This document shows positions 8,041-17,085 of a DNA stretch of 46,139 bases, piece by piece; within the stretch, counting starts at the first letter, position 1, and every line of letters starts with the position of its first letter. The DNA lies in IMG/VR virus record IMGVR_UViG_3300028586_000745, positions 1-46,139 of that record; one strand, written 5' to 3'. Source of the DNA: a virus. Its lineage: Duplodnaviria; Caudoviricetes. Under the pieces are notes generated by a model. The model was not told the origin of the DNA, did not search any database, and was given only the letters and a program-made list of their open reading frames with translations. Position numbers and translations under genes: made by a program.

Positions 8041-8222
8041 GCAGCGTCGAGGTCGGCGACTGGATGCAGTCGAAGGGCAACCCATCCGCGTTCCTCGAGG
8101 TCGTCGCCGTGTCCACGGAAGACGGCCAGGAACTCGTCGACGTCCGCATCGGCGGAGTCGTCCAGCAGGTGTCCAAGCGATACCTGCTCGCCACGTGGAG
8201 CCACCTCGAGGAGGGACGGTGA
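8037..8222 (+). CDS. Hypothetical protein
   Basis: Coupled overlaps at both ends. Confidence 0.65.
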   Translation: MSSVEVGDWMQSKGNPSAFLEVVAVSTEDGQELVDVRIGGVVQQVSKRYLLATWSHLEEGR

Positions 8223-8578
8223 GTGCGGTGGACGTGGTGCGGATCCTCGATCGGGCGCCGCTGCAGTTCGTCTCAGAAGACGACCTACAGGAGTCGATCC
8301 GGGCGGCGCTCGTGTCCGCTGGCATCCCCGCTGAGCGTGAGCGCCGCCTGTCGGACGGCCGATCACGCATCGACCTTTTCGTCGAACCCGGGGTGGGCGT
8401 GGAGGTGAAGATCGACGGCTCCTGGGCCGCGGTAGTCCGGCAGCTGCAGCGGTACGCGAAGTGCCCAGAGATCACCGAGCTCGTGCTCGTCACCTCCCGA
8501 AGCAAGCACCACCGGATCCCGACGGAGCTCGAAGGGAAGCCGGTCCATCTCGTCTCCCTGATTGGAGCAGCCCTGTGA
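8219..8578 (+). CDS. PD-(D/E)xK nuclease-like protein
   Basis: E..LQ...RIDL...VEVK...RQLQRY; coupled to the helicase. Confidence 0.7.
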   Translation: MSAVDVVRILDRAPLQFVSEDDLQESIRAALVSAGIPAERERRLSDGRSRIDLFVEPGVGVEVKIDGSWAAVVRQLQRYAKCPEITELVLVTSRSKHHRIPTELEGKPVHLVSLIGAAL

Positions 8579-10296
8579 CCCGAACCTACGGCACCTACGC
8601 GTACATCCCGACCGGACACCAGTCGACAAACGGCAAGCCCGCCTGGTCGTTGAAGCTCGAGCCGGCCGTCGCCGTGAGAGCGAAGCGCGTGTTCGCGCGA
8701 TCCCGGTCCACCACCGCCGGCCGTGTGCTGATGCTCGCCACCGACGAGACCGCCCGTGACATCGCCTGGATGATGGACCGTTGGCCGCTCGAGGCGGAGG
8801 ACGACCGCAGTGCCCGCATGCTCACCGCCGCCACTGAGCGGCATGCAGTCCGTGAGCAGCAGATCGTCGAGGCGCTGACCGCGGGCAAGCGGCACGCTCC
8901 GCTCACGGTTGAGCCGGCGAAGGAACCGCGCGAGTACCAGCTCACCGCCATCGACCTGCTCCGCGCTTCGGGGCGGCTGCTGCTCACCGACGAGGTGGGG
9001 CTCGGCAAGACATTCACCGGGCTGCTCTCTCTCGCGCACGATGACGCGCTCCCGGCCGTCGTTGTGCCGCCGACGCATCTGCCGTCACGGTGGGTGGCGG
9101 AGCTGCAGGACGCCTTCCCGATGCTCACGTTCGAAGTGGCGAAGAACACGAAGCCCAGCGATTCGTTCATCGCCGGCGACCGGCCCGACGTCCTCATCGT
9201 CCCGTACTCGCGTATCGCCGGGTGGGCGCATCACCTGCAGGGGTGGCCGCAGACGGTCATCTTCGACGAGTTCCAAGACCTCCGAGCCGGCACCTCGACG
9301 ATGAAGGGCACCGCGGCCGCGCAGATCACCCGCGAAGCGCAGTACGCGATCGGCCTCACCGCGACGCCGGTCTACAACTACGGCGGCGAGATCTGGAACC
9401 TCATGGACATCCTGTCTTCCGGTGTGCTCGGCACCCGCGAGGAGTTCCTCCGCGAGTGGGGTGCGCAGCACGGGAACCACGTGTCCGTCAGCGACCCCGC
9501 AGCGCTCGGCTCGTACCTCCGAGAGCAGGGGCTGCTCCTCGGCCGCACCCGCAAGGAGGTTGGACGTGAGCTGCCGCAGACGATCAAGGTCCCGCAGTTC
9601 ATCGACGCCAACCCAGATGCGCTCCAAGCGGTCGCCGGCGACGCAGCAGCCATGGCACGCCTCATCCTCGATGACACCGCCTCGCGGCAGGACAAGTTCC
9701 GCGCTGCTGGTGAGCTTGACTGGAAGATGCGTGAGGCGACCGGCATCGCGAAGGCGCCGTACGTCGCAGAGTTCGTCAGGCTCCTGCTCGAGGCAGAGGA
9801 GAAGGTCGTCCTGTTCGGCTGGCACCGAGCCGTCTACGACATCTGGAACGACATGCTCGCCGGCTACAAGCCGGCCATGTACACGGGCACCGAGTCGCCG
9901 AAGCAGAAGGACGAGGCGCAGGAAGCGTTCGTGAAAGGCGACTCACGCGTCCTGATCATGTCGCTCCGCTCCGGCGCCGGCGTCGACGGCCTACAGAAGG
10001 CGTCTCGCACCGCCGTGTTCGGGGAGCTCGACTGGTCACCCCAGGTACACGAGCAGGCGATCGGTCGTCTCCGCCGTGACGGTATGTCCGACGAGCCGCC
10101 GGTGGCGTACTTCCTGAACAGCACCGAGGGTTCCGACCCGGCGATCATGGAGACGCTGCAGGTGAAACGGAACCAGGCGGAGCCGTTGCTCAGCCCTGAC
10201 GGGAAGCTGTTCACGAACAGCGTGCAGGACACATCACGGGCCCAGTCGCTCGCGAAGCATGTCCTCGACATTGTGTCGGACCGAGGCCGGAAGTGA
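8575..10296 (+). CDS. SNF2-family (SF2) helicase/translocase
   Basis: DEVGLGKT (I), IFDEFQ (II), LTATP (III), G.DGLQ (V), QAIGRLRRDG (VI). Confidence 0.92.
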   Translation: MTRTYGTYAYIPTGHQSTNGKPAWSLKLEPAVAVRAKRVFARSRSTTAGRVLMLATDETARDIAWMMDRWPLEAEDDRSARMLTAATERHAVREQQIVEALTAGKRHAPLTVEPAKEPREYQLTAIDLLRASGRLLLTDEVGLGKTFTGLLSLAHDDALPAVVVPPTHLPSRWVAELQDAFPMLTFEVAKNTKPSDSFIAGDRPDVLIVPYSRIAGWAHHLQGWPQTVIFDEFQDLRAGTSTMKGTAAAQITREAQYAIGLTATPVYNYGGEIWNLMDILSSGVLGTREEFLREWGAQHGNHVSVSDPAALGSYLREQGLLLGRTRKEVGRELPQTIKVPQFIDANPDALQAVAGDAAAMARLILDDTASRQDKFRAAGELDWKMREATGIAKAPYVAEFVRLLLEAEEKVVLFGWHRAVYDIWNDMLAGYKPAMYTGTESPKQKDEAQEAFVKGDSRVLIMSLRSGAGVDGLQKASRTAVFGELDWSPQVHEQAIGRLRRDGMSDEPPVAYFLNSTEGSDPAIMETLQVKRNQAEPLLSPDGKLFTNSVQDTSRAQSLAKHVLDIVSDRGRK

Positions 10297-10700
10297 TCGG
10301 CCCGAAGGAGCAGCGGCCGACCGCCGCGCAAGAGCAGCAGGCGTACGCCATCGCGACCGAGCGCGACGACCTCACCTGCCAGATGTGTCTGCGGTGGTGC
10401 GGTGCCCCTCAGCGCGACCACCGGCGCAACCGCTCGCAAGGCGGCCTGACGCTCGCGTCAAACATCCTCACCCTCGGCGCCGGCTGCCACCAGTTCAAGA
10501 CCGAGCACGTCGAGTGGGCGGTCGCGGAGGGGTGGGCCGTACCTGGCTGGGCTGACCCGCGTGAGTGGCCGACCCGCCGCTACTTCCGCACCCCGCTCAA
10601 GACGGTCAGGAAGGGCTGGGCGCTGCTCGACGACGTCGGTGGTGTGCACGAGATCAGCGAAGACGAAGCGCGGAAGCGCATGGAAGGAGTCATGTCGTGA
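10293..10700 (+). CDS. HNH endonuclease-family protein
   Basis: RD..TCQMC...DHRRNRSQGG....NILTL...CH. Confidence 0.75.
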   Translation: MIGPKEQRPTAAQEQQAYAIATERDDLTCQMCLRWCGAPQRDHRRNRSQGGLTLASNILTLGAGCHQFKTEHVEWAVAEGWAVPGWADPREWPTRRYFRTPLKTVRKGWALLDDVGGVHEISEDEARKRMEGVMS

Positions 10701-11128
10701 AAGCACTGACCGTGAGGCCTCCCTATGCGGGACAGATCGTGTCCGGCCGGAAGCTCGTCGAGAACCGGGTCCGGCCGACGTACTACCGGGGGAAGATCCT
10801 CATCCACGCCGGTGCCGCCGTGCACGACCACTTCAAGGAGATCGCTTCGACGGTGACGGACCCGATGGGTGCGATCGTCGGTGAGGTGACGATCCTCGGG
10901 TCGCACAGTGCGCACGGCTGCACGAGAACTGACTGCCGTGACCTGGGCGGGTTCCGTCCGGGCAGTGCGGAAGTCGACTTTAAGGACGGGCCCCTGCACC
11001 ACTGGGTGCTGTCGGACCCGGTGCAGTACCGGGAGCCGGTTCCTGCGTCTGGGGCGCTCGGTTACTGGGTGCCTCCGGAGTCAGTGATGGAGCGGGTGCG
11101 TGTGCAACGTCGCCTGCTGCACGACTGA
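10697..11128 (+). CDS. ASCH domain protein
   Basis: ALTVRPPYA..I..G.K.VENR...YRG.ILIHAG signature. Confidence 0.85.
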   Translation: MKALTVRPPYAGQIVSGRKLVENRVRPTYYRGKILIHAGAAVHDHFKEIASTVTDPMGAIVGEVTILGSHSAHGCTRTDCRDLGGFRPGSAEVDFKDGPLHHWVLSDPVQYREPVPASGALGYWVPPESVMERVRVQRRLLHD

Positions 11129-11442
11129 TGGACGTCGGGTACACGTTCGCCGCTCGGGGCACGCTCGAGCGGCTGTCTGTGTTCGCGCCGCCGCAGTTCG
11201 AACCGCCCCTGTCGTTGACCGTCACCCGCGATGGCGTCGACGTCGTGTTCGTGCGTCTCTCCGACCTCGAGCTGACGTGCGGCGCCGTCACCGGTGTCAC
11301 CGGCCGCTGCACCTCCGCCGAGTGCCACCGCCGCGTGATCGGCGACTGCCAGTGCGGCCGCCACCAGGGGCTCCTCGACCGGGATCCCGAAGACCACCGA
11401 CCGCGGATTGAACTCCGAGCCGAAGAAGGGAGAGAGATCTGA
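11128..11442 (+). CDS. Hypothetical Cys/His-rich protein
   Basis: TGATG coupling at both ends. Confidence 0.55.
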   Translation: MDVGYTFAARGTLERLSVFAPPQFEPPLSLTVTRDGVDVVFVRLSDLELTCGAVTGVTGRCTSAECHRRVIGDCQCGRHQGLLDRDPEDHRPRIELRAEEGREI

Positions 11443-12305
11443 TGGTGTGGCAGAAGATCGACGACCAGTTCGGCGTCTCCCAGAAGGTGATCCGCATCCC
11501 ACGGAAGCGCCGGCAGCAGTGCGTCGGCTTGTGGGTGCTCGCCGGTAACTACGCGGTGCGCGCACTCACGGACGGGCGTCTCGAAGAACACGAGCTGGAA
11601 GAACTCGACGCGAAGACCCCTGACGTCGCCGAGCTCGTCCGGGTCGGCTTGTGGCATCGGCACGGTGACCGGTGTGACAGCCCACCGGATCAGTGCCGGC
11701 CTGCGCCGAAGGGCGGCATCTCGATTCACGACTTCCTCGTCTACAACCCGCCGCGCGATTCGGTGTCTGCGGAGCGTGAGGCGAAGCAGCAGGCTGGGAA
11801 GGAGGGCAATCATCAGCGGTGGCATGTGCAACGGCGCATCGTGGTCGCTGGGTGCGAGTGGTGCGAATCGCAGGTGCGATCGCAGAGGGATCGCATCAGC
11901 GAATCGGGTGCGAATCCTCCCGTCCCGTCCCGTCCCGGTCCCGTCCCGACCCCTGGACTGGACATGACTTACGAACCAGAAGTCCGTCCAGTAGGTGACG
12001 TTGTCGCGTTGAGGACGGACAACGAGTTCGAGGCATCTGTCCGTGAACGGGCAACCGCTGCTGGGGTGCGTGACTTGCCGCGGTTGCACGGCCTCCTCGC
12101 TCGAGCGGTGAAGCCCATCGGCCCGTTGTCGCCAGCTGCGTCGGTGGTGCTCATCGAGGCGATCACGAACCGGGCGACCGGTGAGGTGAAGGACGTCGAC
12201 GCGTACGTCGTCGCTGCTGCGCGCAACCAGGGCGACGTGCAGGGCATGTACGTCGCCGAGGACTTGCAGTGGATGTCCGAACGAGACATGAGGAGCGCGT
12301 CATGA
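11442..12305 (+). CDS. Phage replication initiator / replisome organiser
   Basis: W.KIDD...GLW...TDG...LV.VGLW...IHDFLVYNP N-terminus; internal repeat tract. Confidence 0.7.
   Translation: MVWQKIDDQFGVSQKVIRIPRKRRQQCVGLWVLAGNYAVRALTDGRLEEHELEELDAKTPDVAELVRVGLWHRHGDRCDSPPDQCRPAPKGGISIHDFLVYNPPRDSVSAEREAKQQAGKEGNHQRWHVQRRIVVAGCEWCESQVRSQRDRISESGANPPVPSRPGPVPTPGLDMTYEPEVRPVGDVVALRTDNEFEASVRERATAAGVRDLPRLHGLLARAVKPIGPLSPAASVVLIEAITNRATGEVKDVDAYVVAAARNQGDVQGMYVAEDLQWMSERDMRSAS
11860..11952. repeat. Iteron-like repeats plus CCCGT microrepeat; probable replication origin
   Basis: About five GCGAATCG/GCGATCGC units in 11860-11916, then (CCCGT)n to ~11952. Confidence 0.55.
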
Positions 12306-12574
12306 CCGACGACACATGGTGGGCGTTCATCGCCGGCATCGACAAGCAGCAGCTGCTCCGGGAACTACCGGGCAGCCCTGACGACCGGCGGATGCGGGAG
12401 CAGCACGCAGCACACGTCACTCGTCTGCGGGAGGCCGGCGGGATCCCGTCCCCGGTCACCGACGAGATGGCGCTCGAACGACGCATGGAGCTCGTCGCCG
12501 CGTCACGGCGGTGGCGCGCGAACCAGGTCAGGAACAGACAGCGCGGCAACGTGTGGACAGGAGACGCAGCATGA
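12302..12574 (+). CDS. Hypothetical protein
   Basis: RBS GAGGAG; ATGA coupling. Confidence 0.65.
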   Translation: MTDDTWWAFIAGIDKQQLLRELPGSPDDRRMREQHAAHVTRLREAGGIPSPVTDEMALERRMELVAASRRWRANQVRNRQRGNVWTGDAA

Positions 12575-12945
12575 CCGACAGCAGCATCATCCAGCAGGCC
12601 CGCGACGTCCTCGCGAAGTGGCGCAAGGAGTCGACAGCCGGCCCGTGGCGCGTCAGCACCTACGGGCACGGCGGTCAGTTCATCGACGTTGTGCAGCCCG
12701 TCGAGAACCAGCCGGACTTCGACCCGGACCGGTTCGACAACATGGACACCGACATCGCCAGCATCAAGGAGTCGGCCGGTGACGCTCGCCTGATCGTCGG
12801 CACCGCGGGCAACCCCGACCTCCTCGACGCGCTCGACGGCCTGCTCATCACTGCCGAGCGCTACGACACTGGCAACGGTCTGCGCATCTGGTCCGACCGC
12901 ATCGCCGCCGCGATCATCGCCGCCAACGAGCGGATGACGTCGTGA
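12571..12945 (+). CDS. Hypothetical protein (Ead/Ea22-like)
   Basis: T.GPW...DARLI...P pattern; RBS AGGAG. Confidence 0.6.
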   Translation: MTDSSIIQQARDVLAKWRKESTAGPWRVSTYGHGGQFIDVVQPVENQPDFDPDRFDNMDTDIASIKESAGDARLIVGTAGNPDLLDALDGLLITAERYDTGNGLRIWSDRIAAAIIAANERMTS

Positions 12946-13229
12946 GTCGGTGGCTGCAAGCCCGTCCCGTTGGTGGGCACCTGATCCATGCCGTCCCTGC
13001 GTCGTCGCTGCCGTGGCCGCACCCCGTCGGGAGCGAGTACGTCGTACTCGTCGAGGCGGCTTGCGGTGTCCGGGGACGCCCCTGTGGAGGGTTGGCGCGC
13101 GGAATGCGCGTGATGTTCCCGATCTCAGGAGGCATGCCTTTCACCTTCAGCCGCACTTGGGGAGCTCCACTCGGATCCTGCGTCGGATGTGCGCGCGTCG
13201 TCCGCCGCCAAGACGGCACCCGCGGATGA
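12942..13229 (+). CDS. Hypothetical small zinc-binding protein
   Basis: HAV...ACG...CVGC; GTGA overlap; less typical codon use. Confidence 0.45.
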   Translation: MSRWLQARPVGGHLIHAVPASSLPWPHPVGSEYVVLVEAACGVRGRPCGGLARGMRVMFPISGGMPFTFSRTWGAPLGSCVGCARVVRRQDGTRG

Positions 13230-13300
13230 CCCGTCGCACCCTCACCCACCTCATCGCCCGCAGCAGCCCGCTGCACCCCCTCAACGAACCAGGAGAACGC

Positions 13301-13573
13301 ATGACCAGCCCCAACCCGACCCGCACCGTCCGCGTCTACACGAAGCCGAACTGCCAGGCGTGCGAGGCCACGAAACGGTGGCTTACCAACCGGCACATCC
13401 CCTTCGAGGTGGACGACATCACCACCGAAGCGAACCTCGCCGCCGCGAAGGCACTCGGACACCAGCAGGCGCCCGTCGTCGTCGTGTCCAACGGCACACC
13501 AGGCGACGAGGTGTCGTGGTCCGGCCTCAACCCATTCGAACTCGAGAAGCACCTCGGGAAGGCAGCAGCATGA
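13301..13573 (+). CDS. NrdH-like glutaredoxin
   Basis: VYTKPNCQAC.ATKR.L, QAPVVV, WSG; RBS AGGAG. Confidence 0.9.
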   Translation: MTSPNPTRTVRVYTKPNCQACEATKRWLTNRHIPFEVDDITTEANLAAAKALGHQQAPVVVVSNGTPGDEVSWSGLNPFELEKHLGKAAA

Positions 13574-13755
13574 GCGCCGGCGTGCAGCCGGGTCAGACCT
13601 GGCGCAACAAGAAGACCGGCGTCGTCACCACCGTGATCGGCGTGCCGGACCGCGGTCCGTGGGGCTACGTCGCCCACCGAGGGAAGCGGCTGACGCACAC
13701 GAGCCTCGTCCAGTTCACGACGAAGTACGAACTCATCGAAGGAGACGCCGCGTGA
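13570..13755 (+). CDS. Hypothetical protein
   Basis: Coupled overlaps. Confidence 0.6.
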   Translation: MSAGVQPGQTWRNKKTGVVTTVIGVPDRGPWGYVAHRGKRLTHTSLVQFTTKYELIEGDAA

Positions 13756-14252
13756 CCGCGACCACGACGCTCATCGGCAACACGACCAGCGACATCGAGC
13801 TCCGCTACACGCAGAACGGCAAGGCGGTCGGCAACGTCACGATCGCCGTCGCGGACCGGAAGTTCGACCGGGCGAAGAACGAGTGGGTCGACGGCGACAC
13901 GTGGTTCGCCCGCTGCACGCTCTGGGGTGAAGTCGCGGAGCACGCTGCTGGGTCGCTGCCGAAGGGCACGCGGGTCATCGCCGAAGGCCGCATCGGGCAG
14001 CGCGACTACGAGGACCGAGACGGGAACCGGCGGACGTCGGTCGAAGTCACGGTCGACGAGATCGGCGCCTCGCTGCGCTACGCGACCGCGCAGGTCACCC
14101 GCTCGCAGGGACAGGGCGGCCGTGGAGGCGCGTCCAGTGCTCCGGCGGGTAATCAGCCGGACCCGGCGTGGAACGCCGCTCAGCCGGGCACACAGCAGCA
14201 GGACGTGTGGAGCCCCACCGGCGGCGACTACAACGACGAGACCCCGTTTTAA
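13752..14252 (+). CDS. ssb: Single-stranded DNA-binding protein
   Basis: LIGN...ELRYT..GKAV OB fold; Gly-rich linker; acidic DETPF tail. Confidence 0.95.
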   Translation: MTATTTLIGNTTSDIELRYTQNGKAVGNVTIAVADRKFDRAKNEWVDGDTWFARCTLWGEVAEHAAGSLPKGTRVIAEGRIGQRDYEDRDGNRRTSVEVTVDEIGASLRYATAQVTRSQGQGGRGGASSAPAGNQPDPAWNAAQPGTQQQDVWSPTGGDYNDETPF

Positions 14253-14269
14253 CCAGGAGGACGCACGTC

Positions 14270-14611
14270 ATGAACACCCTGAACACAGACCAGCGCGTTG
14301 CGCTGGCGCTCATCACGACGTTGCAGCAGGCAGCAGCCGCTGCCCAGACGTTCGCCGTGGCCGCCGGTGACGACACCGAACTCGAACGAGCCGCGCAGTT
14401 CTCGGTCGACAACCAGACGGCCATGGTCGAACGGCTCGGTGAGCTCTCCGAAGCCCTCGCCGAGGGTACGGTCCGCATCGTCGATGAGGCCGCCCTCGTA
14501 CACGAGGTTGCACGAGCGCTCACACCAGCGGGAAGCGACTGGGAGAAGCAGATCACCGCCGCGCAGGGCCTCGTGTTGCGGCGCTGGAAGACGAAGGGAG
14601 TGCTGCGATGA
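14270..14611 (+). CDS. Hypothetical protein
   Basis: RBS AGGAGG. Confidence 0.7.
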   Translation: MNTLNTDQRVALALITTLQQAAAAAQTFAVAAGDDTELERAAQFSVDNQTAMVERLGELSEALAEGTVRIVDEAALVHEVARALTPAGSDWEKQITAAQGLVLRRWKTKGVLR

Positions 14612-14739
14612 CTGACCCTGACTCGTTGCGTGCCCGGATGACGCAGATGCTCGTCGTCCTCCAAGACAGCGGCGACATCACCCCGACCGGTGCGCGTCAG
14701 ATCGAACGCGTCCTCGACGCAGAAGGAGTCCCAGCCTGA
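14608..14739 (+). CDS. 43-aa hypothetical protein
   Basis: RBS AAGGGAG; TGATG-coupled to rtcB. Confidence 0.55.
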   Translation: MTDPDSLRARMTQMLVVLQDSGDITPTGARQIERVLDAEGVPA

Positions 14740-15917
14740 TGGAACAGATCACCAAACGGCTCATGAACTGGGCCAGCATCCTCGAACCGAACACCCGTGA
14801 GCAGGCCGAGCGCCTGTCGCGGATGCCGTTCATCCACCCGCACGTCGCCCTCATGCCGGACGCGCACCTCGGGAAGGGAGCGACTGTCGGTTCCGTCATC
14901 CCGACCGTCGGCGCGATCATCCCCGCCGCGGTCGGAGTCGACATCGGCTGCGGCATGATCGCGCTTCGCACGCAGCACAGCGAAGGTGAGTTCCGGGGGC
15001 TGCTCGGCGGCGACCTCAGCTACCTGCGCCAGAGCATCGAGGCGCGCGTCCCGCTGTCCGCAGGAAAGCACAACCAGACGGTCGCGGACTCGGCCGCTCC
15101 CCGTATCGCCGAGCTCGAGGACCTGGCAACCGCCGCCGGTTTCGACCCGGCCATCTACGCGCCGAACTGGCGACTGCAGCTGGGCACACTCGGCTCCGGG
15201 AACCACTTCATCGAGGTGAGCGTCGACGAGGAGGACCGGGTCTGGCTGTTCCTGCACTCTGGCAGCCGCGGTGTCGGCAACAAGATCGCGCAGCACCACA
15301 TCAAGGTCGCCCAGGGGTACGCCGCACGGAACTACATCGGGCTCGAGGACCCGGACCTCGCGTACCTCGTCGAGGGCACGGCTGAGTTCGACCGGTACAT
15401 CGCCGAGCTCCGGTGGGCGCAGCACTTCGCACTCCTCAACCGTGAGGAGATGATGCACCGCGTCGTCGCTCAGGTCGAACTCCTGACCGGCGTCGCTGTC
15501 GAGGTGTCCGAGAAGGTGAACTGCCACCACAACTACACCGCCGAGGAGCGCCACTGGGGCAAGGATGTGTGGCTGTCCAGGAAGGGCGCGATCGACGCGT
15601 CAGCGGGCACGCTCGGCCTCATCCCGGGGTCGATGGGCGACAAGTCCTACGTCGTCCGAGGCCGCGGGAACTCCCTGTCGCTGAACAGCTCACCTCACGG
15701 TGCTGGCCGGCAGTACAGCCGGTCGGCAGCCCGTCGGGCGTTCACACACGAGCAACTGCGCGAGGCGATGGTCGGCATCGAGTACCGCGACACGGACGCG
15801 TTCCTCGATGAGATCCCTGGCGCGTACAAGCCGATCGACGTCGTCATGGACGATGCCGCAGACCTCGTCGAGGTCGTGCACACCCTCCGTCAGATCGTCA
15901 ACGTCAAGGGCGACTGA
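14739..15917 (+). CDS. rtcB: RtcB RNA ligase (2',3'-cyclic phosphate/3'-P to 5'-OH)
   Basis: MPDAH.G.G, GVDIGCGM, GTLGSGNHFIE, LHSGSRG, CHHNY, RKGA, IPGSMG, SPHGAGR, DEIP.AYK, VKG all present. Confidence 0.96.
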   Translation: MEQITKRLMNWASILEPNTREQAERLSRMPFIHPHVALMPDAHLGKGATVGSVIPTVGAIIPAAVGVDIGCGMIALRTQHSEGEFRGLLGGDLSYLRQSIEARVPLSAGKHNQTVADSAAPRIAELEDLATAAGFDPAIYAPNWRLQLGTLGSGNHFIEVSVDEEDRVWLFLHSGSRGVGNKIAQHHIKVAQGYAARNYIGLEDPDLAYLVEGTAEFDRYIAELRWAQHFALLNREEMMHRVVAQVELLTGVAVEVSEKVNCHHNYTAEERHWGKDVWLSRKGAIDASAGTLGLIPGSMGDKSYVVRGRGNSLSLNSSPHGAGRQYSRSAARRAFTHEQLREAMVGIEYRDTDAFLDEIPGAYKPIDVVMDDAADLVEVVHTLRQIVNVKGD

Positions 15918-15938
15918 CACCAGCACCATCACCCATCC

Positions 15939-15980
15939 GCGAGAGCGCCGACCCCACCACCACGGGGCCGGCGCTCTCGC
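15939..15980 (+). terminator. Hairpin after rtcB
   Basis: GCGAGAGCGCCG/CGGCGCTCTCGC 12-bp stem plus inner CCCC/GGGG. Confidence 0.55.
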
Positions 15981-16000
15981 GTTCTGCACCAGGAGCGAGC

Positions 16001-16780
16001 ATGACCACACCCACCACCGCCCGTCTCGCGCACGACAACCGAGACGAGCTCGCCACCCGCGGCCACTTCTCCGAGAAGTACTACGACGGCATGAAGCAGG
16101 CCCTCGAGACGTGCGCCGACCTCACCGAACACGTCGTCTCCATGATCGGCGTCGCCACCCGCGGCGACGACGAAGTGTCCGGGACGAAGGAACCCCCGCT
16201 GCCGTTCAACGCGACCGCCCACGACGACGCGAACAAGCTCTACGCCAGCCTCGTCCTCTTCGCCAGACTCTGGGCTGAACGGCTCCGCCGGCAACCGCCC
16301 GGCGTCGTGAAGAACGCGTGGAAGAACGAAGCCGGTACCGTCGTCGGCCTCCCCGCCAACGTCACCCCCGGCGCCGCCCGCCACGCAGTGTCCGTCATGT
16401 CGACGTGGCTGGTCGCGCACCTCGAGGACATCTGCTGGCAAGACCAAATCGACGACGTGCAGTTCATGGCTGATGAGCTCCGCAACGTGTGGACCATCAA
16501 GAGCCGGTGGCCCACGAAGCGACGTTCGTACTGGTCTCCACTGCCGTGCCCGTCCGATGGCGGCCGGGTCGCCGTGTACCCGCCCGAGGCGGAGAACGAC
16601 GCAGAGACGGCCGCCTGCACCGGCTGCGGCCGTCAGTTCACGTCCGACGAGTACCAGGCGTACGTCCGCGCCTACAACGCCAGCCGGCAGACCGTCGGCG
16701 ACAACGCCGCAGCGAAGCAGATGCGTGTCTCCGAGCGCGTCAAGCAGCAGCTGCTCGCCAAGTACGGGAGGACCGCATGA
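16001..16780 (+). CDS. Hypothetical protein with C-terminal zinc ribbon; candidate late-gene regulator
   Basis: PPLP.N..A motif, LPCP...ACTGCG; RBS AGGAG; regulator role is inference. Confidence 0.65.
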   Translation: MTTPTTARLAHDNRDELATRGHFSEKYYDGMKQALETCADLTEHVVSMIGVATRGDDEVSGTKEPPLPFNATAHDDANKLYASLVLFARLWAERLRRQPPGVVKNAWKNEAGTVVGLPANVTPGAARHAVSVMSTWLVAHLEDICWQDQIDDVQFMADELRNVWTIKSRWPTKRRSYWSPLPCPSDGGRVAVYPPEAENDAETAACTGCGRQFTSDEYQAYVRAYNASRQTVGDNAAAKQMRVSERVKQQLLAKYGRTA

Positions 16781-17085
16781 GCACGTACTGGTACTACGAA
16801 TGCCTCGACCACACGCCCGCACTGAAGTCGGACGACGAGTTCACGCAGCACGGCGGAGACGAGTGGTTCCGGCAGGGCATAGAACTGGCGAACTCCCGCC
16901 CGGTCCCTGCCGACGAGGGCACGTACTGGCACACCGCTGATGCAGGCGACGACCACGAACGGTCGCGTCTGTACTTCCGCATGAACGCCCTGAAGTTCCT
17001 GCACTTCCACCCCACATGCCGTCTCGGGATCGTGAACGAGTACGGGGAACAAGCGCCGATCGAACCCGCCGGGAGGACCGAATGA
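16777..17085 (+). CDS. Hypothetical protein
   Basis: RBS GGGAGG; ATGA coupling. Confidence 0.7.
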   Translation: MSTYWYYECLDHTPALKSDDEFTQHGGDEWFRQGIELANSRPVPADEGTYWHTADAGDDHERSRLYFRMNALKFLHFHPTCRLGIVNEYGEQAPIEPAGRTE

